Below, one piece after another: positions 12,795 through 25,783 of a DNA stretch of 64,000 nucleotides (positions are counted from its first letter, which is position 1; each line of letters opens with the position of its first letter). Made by a program: the position numbers and the translations under genes. Source of the stretch: Rhynchobatus australiae (lineage: Eukaryota). A model generated the notes under the pieces. The model saw nothing but the letters and a program-made list of their open reading frames with translations, searched no databases and had not been told where the DNA came from. The stretch lies in contig JAUZTB010000066.1 in the NCBI GenBank assembly GCA_034780895.1, forward strand, positions 14,427,154-14,491,153. The letters run 5' to 3'.

Positions 12795-13309
12795 TGTTGG
12801 ATTCGACTATTTTAAGTAGTATTTTTTAAAACATGTAGTGTTTGATACACCTCAAGTGGCTGCACAAGGAATGGCCGCTTCCTAGCTTATTGGTTCATCC
12901 AACAGGTGAATATGTGTGTTCTCATTGGCTGGTTTGGCCACAGGTATCTAATAGGTTTCCTGACTGGACTGTTGTTAGCTAAGGAGTACCTCTTATCTCA
13001 GGTATAAAAGGTGTTGCTTTTTGTTAATCACGCTCTTGCTTATCTCTCTTTCTTGCCTCTATCTCTCTCTTGCTTAGCTCTCTCTCTATCTCTCTCTTGA
13101 TCTCCCCCCCACCTCGCCTGGCCTTAGCTCATCTTTACTTCCTTTTGTCTCGGCTCATCTCCCAGTTGTAAAGCTGGTACCGTGTGCTCTGTGACTGTTT
13201 CTTTGTTTTAAAACTTTTCCAATAAAACTTTGTGAAGCACCAACTTGTTTTCAACTCATTCCTGGTCTCCTGAAAGAACCTGCGGATTCAAAAATAACCG
13301 AATCCGACA
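12795..13309 (+). mobile_element. Solo LTR, 515 bp
   Basis: TG...CA ends with an inverted repeat of about 19 bp; GCAC target-site duplication (TSD) at 12791-12794 and 13310-13313; TATAAAA 13003-13009; AATAAA 13221-13226. Confidence 0.88.
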
Positions 13310-14229
13310 GCACCCAGTGGGTTAATTGCCCCAATGTTTCCCCCCCGCAGAGCACTCAAATGAGATCTGTAGGCGTCCCACATAATCTACCTTTCCCATC
13401 TCTGTAGCTTGCTGCCCACCATGCTGTGGTGCGATATTGACAATCGACCTTCTCCCTTTAACGAAGTGGCCTAATTGTGCATTTCACCACATAAAGTCAA
13501 ACAGGCCCTGGTGGATCTTAAAATGCGTCATCTCATTTTCTAAAAACCAGCTATCATATGTCTTCCTTCATGCTTTCACTTCCGCCCAGCAACACATCCT
13601 TAGGAAGATTAATATTGACAGCTGGAATTTAGGGAATTTGTTTTCTGTAGGTCACGTGGGAGCTCAAAGATGCAACGTTTTAAAGGAGCTGAAGAAAGGA
13701 AAAATTAAGTTGTGGGTGTTTATGTTGGGAGATTGCTTGCAGAGAGATACTTGGGAGACTTTGAAGTGAACAGAGTTTGATGTGGCAATCTAAAGCAACA
13801 TCAAATTATGCCTCATGGGGATGGTTAGTTTTCACTTCCTGTTATTCAGCATCAGGGGGATGGCCAGGGATCTTGAGTCTGACCAGATGAGAAAGCAGCA
13901 CGGAATCCTCCAGTGGAAAACTCTGCAGAAATCTGCTCAGCCCAGTCCACAGCGAGTTCAGCAGCTGAAAGTCACGATGCGCGGTCACTTAACTGAGGAC
14001 TGAAGCCGTGCACAGCATGATCTCGAGCGCGGTTAAAAACAAGCTAATTCAGGAAAGGAGTTTGTAGAATGTAACAGCAAGGGAAGAGGCCATTCAGCCC
14101 ATAAGGCCTGCACGACTTCGAAGGAGCTATCCAAGTTCCTACAGATTTTCCCAATGGAAAATAACATATTTCAAACAAGGTTTTTCTTTTAAGTAACTGT
14201 CTTTTGCCAGTGAGTAATTGCACAATTTT

Positions 14230-14337
14230 CCAGCATCAAACAATCTGCTAGAGGAACTCAGTGGGTCGAGCAGCATCTGAGTTCCTCCAGCAGATTGTTT
14301 GTTGCTCCAGATTCCAACATCTGCAGTCTCTTGTGAC
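14230..14337. repeat. Collapsed inverted repeat of PLE termini
   Basis: AAACAATCTGCTAGAGGAACTCAG is followed by its near complement CTGAGTTCCTCCAGCAGATTGTTT. Confidence 0.65.
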
Positions 14338-14364
14338 CCAATTTTCAGTTCTCAGAAATATAGT

Positions 14365-14505
14365 AATTGGTAAATAGGTTTATTATTGTCACATGTACTG
14401 AGGTACAGTGAAAAACTTTGTTCTGTGTACCATCCATACAGATCATTTCATCACATCAGTGCATTGAGGTAGTACAAGGGAAAACAATAACAGAATGCAG
14501 AATAA
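14365..14505 (-). mobile_element. Rex/Babar LINE 3' UTR fragment
   Basis: TTTATTATTGTCACATGTACTGAGGTACAGTGAAAAACT, shared with 41480 and 47460. Confidence 0.75.
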
Positions 14506-14605
14506 ANNNNNNNNNNNNNNNNNNNNNNNNNNNNNNNNNNNNNNNNNNNNNNNNNNNNNNNNNNNNNNNNNNNNNNNNNNNNNNNNNNNNNNNNNNNNNN
14601 NNNNN

Positions 14606-14775
14606 NCGCCCACAACTTCCTAACCCGTACGTCTTTGGAATGTGGGAGGAAACTGGAGCACCTGGAGGAAACCCATGCAGACACAGGGAGAACGCACAAA
14701 CTCCTTACAGACAGTGGCCGGAATTAAACCTGGGTTGCTGGCGCTGTAATAGCGCTGCACTAACCACTACACCAC
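14606..14775 (-). mobile_element. V-SINE type A, head and V-domain after a gap
   Basis: Closely matches 12605-12775. Confidence 0.8.
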
Positions 14776-15914
14776 CAATATATATCAGTAACTTTGAAAG
14801 TGCATTGAGAAGGAAGGTTTTGCTGAGGGAGATGCAAAATATGGTGGGGGGGAAGGTGAGTATGGTAGAAAGTGAGTCAAGCATATAATCACAGATGGCG
14901 CCATCTGTTATTAAGTCAAAGGTCATAATGAGGCTTTGAGATGGCAAAGTCACAAGAGTTGACTGTGAAAACAGATGGGTTGTAGGGTTTAGATATTTTT
15001 TTCTTTAAGTGAGGTTAGGAGGCAATGAAATTAGAGGGTTGAGAGCAAGCTGATTTGAGATGGTGATGAAATCATCATGGATGAGAACGTGTCAAGTACA
15101 GAGAAAAGGTTTTTATCTTATGTGGCTTCCTCCTACACTGTGTGATTTAGCAATTCTATGTTGCAGTAACCTCAGAGAACAACTGCACTCTTTCCATTGT
15201 GGTGGACACTGGATTGCCCACTTAACCTAAAGCTGTTGTGAGCAGTTTTTGGCCCAAGCATCAGTAAGGTAATGAGGGAGAATGCAAGAAGAGGGTTGTT
15301 GATTAGACAAGAAGGGATTCTTGGGGAAACGGAAAGCTGAAATGGGTGTAAGTGTTTGCAGTTTACTTCTCAGAAATGTATCGACACTTCCTAGATGTAC
15401 TTATTTATACACTTGACTTCAAAGATGAGTGGAGAACTGTCAATGCTACTGGCTTGTGTAAACTGTTTTTATGGACCTATAATGAGACAAAACTGAAAGT
15501 TTTTTTGAGAAATATGGCAATTAGTGCAGGTGCAACAATATAGAGTAAAAGAACACCAAGAATAAATGTACTTAACCAACAAAAATAGAAAATTTTGGCT
15601 GTGGTTAGATAGTCACAAAAATGACTGCCTTTGTTTTTTTTAGGATATAGACTCAAAACATGGGAATATCCTTTACCCTTGGGTTCTTTTGATAAAGCAG
15701 ATCTGGGAGCCAATTGTGAGCCAAAATTCAATTTAAGGGAATGAATGATATAATGAACGATAAGCTGAGGCAATTTATGAATTTTGTTAGAGCCATAACA
15801 TTTAATTACAACAATTTAGCTTTATGAAACTAATGTTTATTTTACATGGCTGTATTTGCTGTATCTGCAACTGGATGATATAATGTGTAAGACTGAATTG
15901 CTACAATAGAGAAA

Positions 15915-16790
15915 GAATGTGGGTGTTGCTGGCAAAACTGGCATTTATAACTCATCTTTAATGTCCTTGAGAAGAAAGTGGTGTGAGGAACTTTCTGAAC
16001 AATTGCAGTGAGAATTCTTTCTCACTGCTGCTTGCCACTCACAACTACCCACCCGGGTCATTCTCTCTTCTCCCCTCTCCCATTAGACAGAAGATACAGG
16101 AGCCTGAGGGCACACACCACCAGGCTCAAGGACAGCTTCAATCCCACGGTGATAAAACTATTGAATGGTTCCCTTATACAATGAGATGGACTCTTGAGCT
16201 CACAATCTACCTTGTTATGACCTTGCACCTTATTGTCTACCTGCACTGCACTTCCCTGTTGCTGTGAAATTTTACTCTGTATTCTGTTATTGTTTTTACC
16301 CTGTACTACCTCAATGCCCTGTGTAATGAATTGATCTGTACGAACGGTATGCAAGACAGATTTTTCACTGCAACTTGCTACAAGTGAAAATAATAAACAA
16401 ATGCAAATATCAATACTTGGTAAGGAGTCCCAGGATTATGACCTGTCAGTGGTGAAGGAATGGTAAAATGGACTTGGAATGGAACTTGCAGCTGACAGCA
16501 TATAAATGGAGCTGCTATCCTTGTCCTTCTGGGCAGAAGTCACAGGTTTGGGAGGTGCTGTCAATGAAGTCTTGGCAAACTGCTACAGTGGATGACTGTA
16601 AGTGGTACAATAAAAAAAAGCCATGGTATGCCAGTGGTGGAGGAGGTGAATATTTCGTCTGGGTGATGGGGTCAAATCACGTGGGCTTCTTTTTCCTGGA
16701 CGTTCTTGGGTATCGCTGGGGCTGTATTCAGACTGGCAAGTGGAGGACAGTCCCATGCACTCCTGATTTGTGCCTTTATCAGCTTTAGTT
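15915..16790 (-). mobile_element. Decayed LINE 3' region, interrupted by a Rex/Babar insertion
   Basis: 3' end resembles 38498-38600 and the tail of the SINE at 43240-43615; RT-like remnant at 16680-16780 resembles 37350-37410. Confidence 0.5.
16050..16410 (+). mobile_element. Rex/Babar LINE 3' end
   Basis: CACCACCAGGCTCAAGGACAGCTTC (TTRLKDSF) followed by the shared 3' UTR. Confidence 0.8.
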
Positions 16791-17230
16791 CTGAAGAATG
16801 AACTAATAGTGTTTCATGTCACGTGCAAGATAGCTCCATTTGAAAGCTATTTAGTTTGTTAACAGTCCATTGTCAACTCCTATTTATGAGTGCTGCTGGC
16901 AACTAAAGGTCATTAATTTCATGGGGCTATGATTGCCTGATGTAGCCCTACATTAGATGCTCCAGGAAAGAAACATAAATCATTTTTGCATGCTGCAGAT
17001 CTCCATGAAATACGAGAAGTTTTGCCAGCGTTATTTAAATTTATCTTGTTGGTTTCAACATCTGCAGCATTTGAAGTTGCCTTATCTCCTGGACACCATA
17101 GTCTTGATTTTCTGCTGAGGTTGGGCAGACTTTGGATAGAAATTCGCCAGAGCACCAAGTTACCAATAACCTCACTGAACATCAGAAATGACAACAAGCA
17201 TTGAATCCACCAACCCAAAATAAGAAAATA

Positions 17231-17507
17231 TAAATAAGATATCTTTATCAGTGTCATGTACCTCAAAACGCACAGTGAAACACATCTTTTGTGTAGAGTG
17301 TTCTGGGGGCAGCCCACAAGTATTGCCACACTTCCAGCACCAACATAGCATGCCCACAACTTCCTAACCGGTACATCTTTGGAATGTGGGAGGAAACCAG
17401 AGCATCCAGAGGAAACCCACGCAGACATGGGGAGAACTTACAGACAGTGGCCAGAATTGAACCTGGGTCACTGCCACTGTAAAGCATTACATTAACTGCT
17501 ACACCAC
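17231..17507 (-). mobile_element. V-SINE type A
   Basis: Colinear with 12478-12780. Confidence 0.85.
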
Positions 17508-17639
17508 AATTCAAAGTCAATGATAATGGTGGGATAACATCAGATGCTGCAGTTATGTCATTACAGATATAGCAAGGCTTGGTGTAAGGGGTATCAGCAG
17601 GTAATTGCTAACCAGCCCACGAATGACAGATGAGAGGTT

Positions 17640-18265
17640 TTAAAGACTAACACCTTTTAAATTCTCAAAAGTTGTGGAGAAAATTGAAAATGCAGTGAGG
17701 AAAGCATATGGAATAATCTTTTTTATAAACTGGGCAATGGAATACAAAAACAAAGGAGTCATGTCAACCATTGACAAATCTGCTTAGCCTCCACTGGAGA
17801 TGGGCAAGCCTTGGAGAAAATAGAGGGAAGTTTTCCAGGAAGATGCAAGGCTAAGGGACTGGATGTGTGTAATGATTGGTGATGCTGGGGTTGTTTTTAT
17901 TAGAGAAAATTAAGGGGACACTGGAAAAAATATTCAAAATAATGAGCAGTTTTAATAAAGGAAGGAACTGTTTCCTCCGGTTTTCTCAAATGTGCTGGTA
18001 ACCAAAGGTCACAGATTTAAAATAGTTATCAAAGGGCTGAGGGGAATTGAGGAAACTTTATTTCGGAGAAGTTGTTATGATCTAAAATGCATTATTTGAA
18101 AGGGTAATGGAATCACATTCCACCAGTACTTTCAAAACAAACTGGTCATACGCTTGAAGAGTTCCAATTTGCAGTGTTATGGGGTTAAAACTGAAGCATG
18201 GGACTAACTTGGTGAACTCAATTCATGGGCACGTAATTTCTTCTATGATATACAATTCTATGATT
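17640..18265 (+). mobile_element. Old CR1 LINE 3' fragment
   Basis: Decayed CR1-like 3' ORF sequence with a TTCTATGAT-type tail. Confidence 0.55.
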
Positions 18266-18369
18266 CACGTTCCTACAAATTACAAATAATAAGTGGCCCT
18301 GCTTTATAGATGCACCAAAGAAGATTGTATGCAGCGGCTTCCCAGGTTATGACTGACTTGACTTGCAGA

Positions 18370-18466
18370 AACAAGACAAGACTTCTTTATTAGTCACATG
18401 TACATCAAAACACACAGTGAAATGCATCTTTTGTGCAGAGTGTTCTGGGGGCAGCCCACAAGTGTC
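18370..18466 (-). mobile_element. V-SINE type A tail, truncated by a gap
   Basis: CTTTATTAGTCACATGTACATCAAAACACACAGTGAAATGC, as at 12498. Confidence 0.75.
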
Positions 18467-19859
18467 NNNNNNNNNNNNNNNNNNNNNNNNNNNNNNNNNN
18501 NNNNNNNNNNNNNNNNNNNNNNNNNNNNNNNNNNNNNNNNNNNNNNNNNNNNNNNNNNNNNNNNNNATGAAATGGGTCAATGGGACTATTTCTTGCTATA
18601 TGTCTCCATGACTCTACCAGAGGTCAGAATCTAAGCACGGTTGCTAGAGTTGTGAAACAGCTGTACTACCACTGTTTGAGGGATCTGAGCTGGTAATTTC
18701 CCACCTGCTTAACTGGGACTTTATGTATGTACTTTGAGCTAACATCTCATCCAGATAGATCGCCCCTACACCAGTGCAGCACTCGCTCAATACTGCATGT
18801 TGGCCTTGTATATGGGCTCCATTTTTGGTTGCTATCTTGAACCCACACATTTCAGAGGTGCAGTCTATAATATCATGGTTAATACTGTGGCCCACTGATA
18901 GGTTCACGTGTAGAGTTTCTGTGCAGGATCTGATTATGATTGTAAAATTAACCAAATATACACCCGGGGACGAGATTGAAGGGGAAGTGGGGTTGTGTTC
19001 TCTTGCTAAATTTAAGAGAAATTCGAATCTTATTGAGCACCCACTGGTTTTTCAGAAACAAGATGCAATTAATCCTGGTCTTTGGTACATGTGCTATCGG
19101 TTTATGGGTTAGTTGCTTAAAGTCGCATTTAAAAAGAATTGACGAGTCTAAGTTTTTCTTCTTAAATTGCCTATTATTTCTATTTAGACTAAAATACTTA
19201 ATCACCCAAGCACTTCCTTTCTTTTAAGTGGCTTATTGCTTCGATATTTCCATTTGCTGCCATGTACAGCAACATTCAACTTTTATCCGTACCACGCTGA
19301 AAGTTCCCTTCTTTGTGGTGGTAGCATCAACATTCGTTTCCCAGGTGCACGTTGAAAGGGTGAAAGAGGAGATGTCATTGGGTTGGAGAGCAGGAATTCC
19401 AGTGGGATAAATGAAAAGAATATCTTGTGGAAACTATTTTAAATGATTTATGAAGTGTGGGATGTCGTGTGATCATAATGAAACAGTAAAACGGAGTGGT
19501 TGAGAAATGTAATTCCTAACCAGTCACAATGATTTATATGAAACTAAAAAGTGCACAAAATAAACTGTAAAGGTCAGGAGGCATGTCTTTTTTTTGTATA
19601 AACTGAATAAAAAGAACAATGAATTACAATGCCTCAATTCTATTTTTTATTACCTTTTTAATATTTCCCTGACAGCAGGTCCCAGCCGAGGAAATCGCTG
19701 TAACATCCTATTTGCAGGGATCTGTTCAATTTTCTTGCTTTTGATTGTGTACAATATTTGCATGTATTTAATGGGGAAGTGGGACTTGTCCAGCTTATCC
19801 CACCAAGGAAAGGCCCTGAAGTGTTGGTGAGCACAAGACTGGATGGTTCAACAGTATCA

Positions 19860-20100
19860 GCAGTAGCTTACTTGGTAGTCTCTTCCTTGGAAAGTGGTGG
19901 GTTCAAGGCCCATTCCAGACTTAGCGTGACTGTTCAGTTCAGTAACTGAGAGAGTGTGGTGCTGCTGTCATTCAGTGAGGTGGTGAACCAAGACCCTCAC
20001 TACTCTTTCAATTGGACATAAAATGTTCCATAGTAACCTTTCAATGAAGAACAGAAAGGTTTCCCATTGTCCTGGTGAACATTTCTATGATTAATCGACA
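19860..20100 (+). mobile_element. DeuSINE (SacSINE1-like) remnant
   Basis: B-box-like GGTTCAAGGCCC, then a decayed Deu-domain; matches the reverse complement of 23780-24200. Confidence 0.55.
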
Positions 20101-20106
20101 TCCCTA

Positions 20107-20404
20107 AAGATACGATATATCTTTATCAGTCACATGTACATCAAAACACACAGTGAAATGCATCTTTTGTGCAGAGTGTTCTGGGGGCAGCCCACAAGTG
20201 TCACCACTTTTCCAGCACCAACATAGCATGCCCACAACTTCCTAATCCGTATGTCTTTGGAATGTGGGAGGAAACCAGAGCACCCGCAGGAAACCCACAC
20301 AGTCATGGGGAGAACATACAAACTCCTTACAGACAGCGGCTGGAATTGAACCCGGGTTACTGGCGCTGTTATAGTGTTACACTAACCACTACACTACCAT
20401 GCCT
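20107..20404 (-). mobile_element. V-SINE type A
   Basis: Colinear with 12478-12780. Confidence 0.85.
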
Positions 20405-20499
20405 CCCCTTAGGAATAGTAAAGGGAAAAATTACTGGTGGGAGTTGCCTCTGGGCCAGCAAATAATAACATTACAGTGGCACAGGCAATAAACCAAGAT

Positions 20500-20706
20500 A
20501 TAGATGTAGCAGAGGATGCAGAGATTCTACAGAGAGATATAGATAGGTTAAGTGAGTGGGCAAGGGTCTGGCAGATGGAGGACAATGTTGGTAAATGCGG
20601 GGTCATCTGCTTTGGAAGGAAAAATAGAAGATCTGATTATTATTTAAATGGTGAAAGATTGCAGCATGCTGTTGTGCAGAGGGACTCGGGAGTGCCTGCG
20701 CATGAA
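20500..20706 (+). mobile_element. CR1 RT fragment
   Basis: LQRDIDRLSEWARVWQMEDNVGKCGVICFG. Confidence 0.8.
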
Positions 20707-23130
20707 TCGCAACTTTACGCAAATTCTCCCATTTATCTTTAAAGCATTTGTCAAGCTAGTAATAACAATGAAAAGTATCATGGTACTCATTGATGACTGG
20801 ATACAGTGTGTACTCCATTTGTTTAATTATGAGTAGTGTTAGGGTGATTATTCAAAGAAATGGAAGAATTATAACAAGTGTATTTAGAGCGATAAAATAG
20901 GGTTCTGACTTGCAGAGAAATCATCGTACCTACAGTTGTCAGGAACTGAACCTTTAGGGAACTCGGGGCTGTCTGTATTTAAACCTCCACACTGTCATCC
21001 CGGGAAGTCTCTTTGTTTTCCATTATGCTTGCACATGGATGGTTTTGAATGGGAAAACAAAGGCATGTCTATGATCACCTGAGTGAGGTGCTGGAGTACT
21101 GGCAGGGTTCATTAACGTTGCTTCATTATGAGATGGTGCCTCAGTTAGAAGGGGAAGGCAGAGGAAAAACATTCTGTTTCCTGTTTCTAAACCAGGCCAG
21201 GACATAAAGTATTGATTGAATTGCCTTCAATCTTTTTGAAATGGACTAAAGTTGATAAGTAGACCACTGAGATGAAAAAAGGGCTCAGTTTTTAACAACC
21301 ATAGTATATGAGAACTCTAATAGGCTTATCAATACTAACCCTCAGCTCATACATCTATGGTTTTTGACTTCTGGTGCTACAGATGGGAATCAGAGTTGAA
21401 TGCTTTTGACAAATAAGTATGTAACCGACACAATCCAGATGAGTATAAAACCACAACTGTTTGAGCAACTCTCTTTAGTCTGCCAAAGTTGCATTTCTGT
21501 GGGATTTATTACAGATTCCTGCATAAAGTATTACTTTCCCAGGACCTTAAAACTCTGCAATTCTTTATCTCCTTCTTACTTTTTATAGTCTTTTTGCCAA
21601 AGTTTAGCATTATGGGATCATGTCATCCTGATTTATCTTATCTACTCTTTCCAAAGATGCAATTTGAGCATTGACATTCCTCTCAGTTTCTCAAATAAAC
21701 TCTGGAATGTTATTCATTTGTTCTGGGCAAACTTATAAGTGAATATGAATGAGCGGGATGAAATAGAAAGCTCTTCTTTGAGGCTGCCAGAAGCACAAGG
21801 GTCAAATAGCTTCTTTCTTTGCCACATGATTCTGCAATCAAATCACCTTGAGAGAAAATTGAAGGTGTGTGTCAGTCCTAAAGTACTTGAACATCTTCAG
21901 GATGAAGGGACAAAACCAGAATGCATTCGTACAAAATACTATTTCTTTAAAAAGGCCAATAAATCTGTTAACAGGGAAGGCAATAGAATTTTGCAGAACT
22001 GTTTAGCAATGGTTAGATGATATTGCACAATATGACTATAACTCAGTGACCCAGTGTCAATCATTTCATATTATATAGTAAAATTAGCTTTCCACTGCTT
22101 GTTTTTGCATACAACGCTAGATTTTGTTAGTGTGTTAGAAAATGCTCCTGACTAAACAACCATCATTGTTCTAGTCATCATGAGGATATGTGTGTTCTCA
22201 GTGCATTAGTTCCAGTGGCACCTTCCCTTAAATTCTCTGGCTCAATGTATATTAGTTAATTTTCCCAAAAGGAGCCATTAGTAAAGTTAAGTTTATTGTC
22301 ATGTGCAGAAGTACGGTGAGGTCCAGGTGCAATGAAAAACTTGCTTGCAGCAACATCACCGGCACGTAGGTTCTGTCAACACACAGAAAATAAATTATAC
22401 ATAAATGATACAAGACAGTGAAGGGGAAGAAAGCACAAGTATCTTCATTTGCTGCCTCTATTATGTAGATATTCCACTCAAATGTTGGAAGTGACTGAAT
22501 GGATAAAAGTACATTAGTTATGACAGCTTCTTGCCAGAGATGGACCTTTTTAAAAATTCTTTTTGCATTCTTCTGTCCTCAAGGGTTTGACTGTACTTTG
22601 TAGAATTGCAAAGTCCCTGGAGAAGGGTTGGGAATACAGACTGCAAAATACTTAATTTCTTACCCTTTGTCATAGCTATATATTAATAAACTCCTGCTCA
22701 TTCTCAGAAGGTTAGTAAAGGAAAATAAATCATACTGCTCCCCAAAGAGCAGAAGTTCTGTAAAGCTGCCAATGATGAGAACAGCCAATATATCTGGAGC
22801 TAGAGTGCAGCTTTTTTTAAAAAAAACTGATGGAACCGCTTAGGAGTAAAAGAACACAATTTTTTGCAGCAGTGCAGAAAGATTTCAGTGGAAATATGTG
22901 GCTTTTACAGTGTGGCTTTGTTGAGCCTGGCATCCTCTCCTACTTTTTTCCTTCTGCCTCTCACCCGCCCTCCTCTGACACTGCAGCCAGGCAGTTCAGG
23001 GAACCAGGGAGTCAGGCCTGAATGCAGCTGCTTTTTGAAACAGTCAACAATCACAATGCACAATGATGTACCATCTGGTGTAAACAGAAGTTCTGGAAAC
23101 AAGTCTGTCGATGCAGGAGCAGTGGTACAG

Positions 23131-23466
23131 AGGGGCTCAGTGGCACAGCTAGTAGAGCTGCTGTCTCACAGTGCCAGCGACCTGGGTTCAATAAGGAACT
23201 CTGGTGCTGTCTGCGTGGAGTTTGCAGGTTCTCACTGAGTCCTCATGGGTTTCCTCCAGGTGCTCGAAGACATGTCAAAGGCATGTGAGTTGGGAGGTTT
23301 TTGTAAATTGCTTCTAGTGTGTAGGTGAGTGTTAGAATCTGGGGAGGAGTAGATTAAAATGTGGGGAGAAAAGTGGGATTTACAGTATCTAGGGTTGGTA
23401 TAAATGAATGGTTGATGGTCGGTGCAGATTTGGTGTTGCTTGTGTGGTGTACCTCTCTATGACTCT
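23131..23466 (+). mobile_element. HE1-like V-SINE with CR1-type tail
   Basis: A/B-box-like head, GTGGAGTTTGCAGGTTCTC V-domain, CTCTATGACTCT end. Confidence 0.75.
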
Positions 23467-23779
23467 GGCTCAAGAGGGACATTTCCATCAACAGTATTTC
23501 TGACAAGTTAGGAGTTGTATTGTAAAAAACAAAGCTTTCGTATTTAGCTGCAGGCAGAAATCCAGTAATGGTCCTGATTGTCAATTGTTTTTGTGTTTGA
23601 GGTGAAGCTGCACTTGGTCGTGATCTCAGCAGTGAAAGAGATGTGACTGGCTGTAAAGGAATGTACAGGATAATACTAACGTTGCATGTTTATTAATTTT
23701 AAGTTAGTTTCTGATTGTCTTCTCTTAGTTTACAATTTTTTTTTATCCACATGCTCCAGCATTTGAATGAGACTAAAGA

Positions 23780-24200
23780 AAGATTTGTGTATACGTGGGG
23801 CTTTCCACATCCCTTTTGGAATGTTCCAAAGATCTTTTCAGCCAGTTAAGTACTTTTTGAAGTGCAGTCACTGTTGTGAAGTAGGAAACAAGGTGACTGA
23901 TTTATGTACAGCAACCTGCCGATGTAATAAAAAAAATCACCCATGACAAAAAGCTTTGATCAGAGGGAAACTATTGGCCAGGACACAGGGGATACCTTCC
24001 TTGCCTTTCTTTCTCCTAATGCCATGGGATATTTTATGGGCACCTGTGATATCAGTTGGGGTCTTGATTTAATGTTGGATCCTAAAGATAACACTTCAAA
24101 TAGCACAGCACTTCCTCGGTATCACATTGGAGTTTCAGTGAAGGATTTTTTGATCAAGTGTCTGGAATGGAATTCAAGCTGGAAATCCTCCAACTTGGAG
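23780..24200 (-). mobile_element. DeuSINE (SacSINE1-like) remnant
   Basis: TATTGGCCAGGACAC...TGCCATGGGAT...TTTAATGTTGGATCC is the reverse complement of the recalled Deu-domain. Confidence 0.7.
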
Positions 24201-25465
24201 TATGCCAAATCCCTCCCAATCCTGGCATTGAAGCATCAAGTGGAAGTGTGCAAGAGACTGGTGTAAGAGGGGGAGAATTTGTTTAATTTTCCTGAATCTT
24301 CTGCAAAATAGCTTGTCCATGATCACTCAATCATTAATATTTCATTCTGTTCAACTGCTGTCAGTTTTAGCCTTGAGATTAATGTGGATGTTGCGGGGGG
24401 TTAGGAGAGGGTGGAGCAGGGGGTAATGGTGTTGGGGTGAGGTAGCATGAGAAGTCCTGGTGGGAAAACTTAGTTACAGATGACACTGCCAGACTGTGCG
24501 AGCAGGAAGAGTGAAAACAAGAGGTCAGGGCTTGGTGGACAAGGGGATCTGAGGGAGATCATTATGGAATGGAAGGATTGAGGGTGCAATGCTTGAAGGA
24601 AGAGATGTTGGGAGCAAACAATTAGTTCTTGGAGGGAGATGTGAAGAACTCAGCAATCTGAGCAGTGGACATCTTTGAGGGGACATAAAGCATTCCTTGA
24701 AAACAGATTCTTCCTCCCTCTAACTGCTGGGCTCTCTCATACATCCATCGATGTATGTAAATCAGGAATATTAATGAAGTTTCCCAACTCTTGAACTCAA
24801 AACAATTCCTGTCATAGAATTAGCTTGCATGGGGCACATGTGGAGACACATTTCTCAGCTTATAATTTTTAATCACCCTCTGCCACTCCCCCAGCCCACA
24901 TTCATTGATGGAGGTTGGGAGGTGGGGGCAGATCAATATAAAGGCTCATGAATTTGTTTCCATCTTAAAAGTCTGATGGGAATATCTTAAATTGGATGTG
25001 CATCTCAATAGTAATGACACCTCAAAACAACTGTCAACATACAGGGATTTTCTATTCATTTCATCATAATGGCACTATTATGATTATCATAATTACACTC
25101 ATGATGTGGATATTACTGCATCTTATTATTTTATCACATAATCAGATGGATTACCATCAGTGTTTCTGTCTCTTCTTTTAGGCCTTGAATTATAGGATGT
25201 TATTCAGAACAGGGATGAGTGGAGTGAAATATATTAATAATTGTTTTGGTTCAACTGCACACAGGAATACATTAAGTCTGACCTTTCCAGTAATGACTTT
25301 AACCATTTCTGGTTCAGATATCCTTTGAACAGACACTTAACAAGGTTTCTGGTTGATTTGTATTGGTTAGCTTAATGTAAAAGTACTGTGCCATTAGTGA
25401 CAACATGTACACCATGGGATTGGTGGGAATGGGCTTCTAAAAGTCATCTATCCCACTCTGCCAAG

Positions 25466-25699
25466 TGTTACGAACCAGCAACAAAAGAAACNNNNNNNNN
25501 NNNNNNNNNNNNNNNNNNNNNNNNNNNNNNNNNNNNNNNNNNNNNNNNNNNNNNNNNNNNNNNNNNNNNNNNNNNNNNNNNNNNNNNNNNNTCTCTCTCT
25601 CTTGTTCTTCTGTCTCTCTCTCTCCTTCAGACTGACTCCGACTGGTTGTTTCAACAACAACGTCATGATGTTCTTTATCTTCTGTTGACATAAGCACGC

Positions 25700-25746
<47 letters not shown>

Positions 25747-25783
25747 TAAAAGGGACAGTCACTAATAGTCCAAGTCCGTAACA
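25466..25783 (-). mobile_element. Second probable solo LTR, with an internal gap and (CA)n
   Basis: Inverted ends TGTTACGAAC and GTCCGTAACA; CAAG TSD at 25462-25465 and 25784-25787. Orientation is tentative. Confidence 0.75.
25702..25743. repeat. (CA)21 microsatellite
   Basis: Perfect dinucleotide run. Confidence 0.95.
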
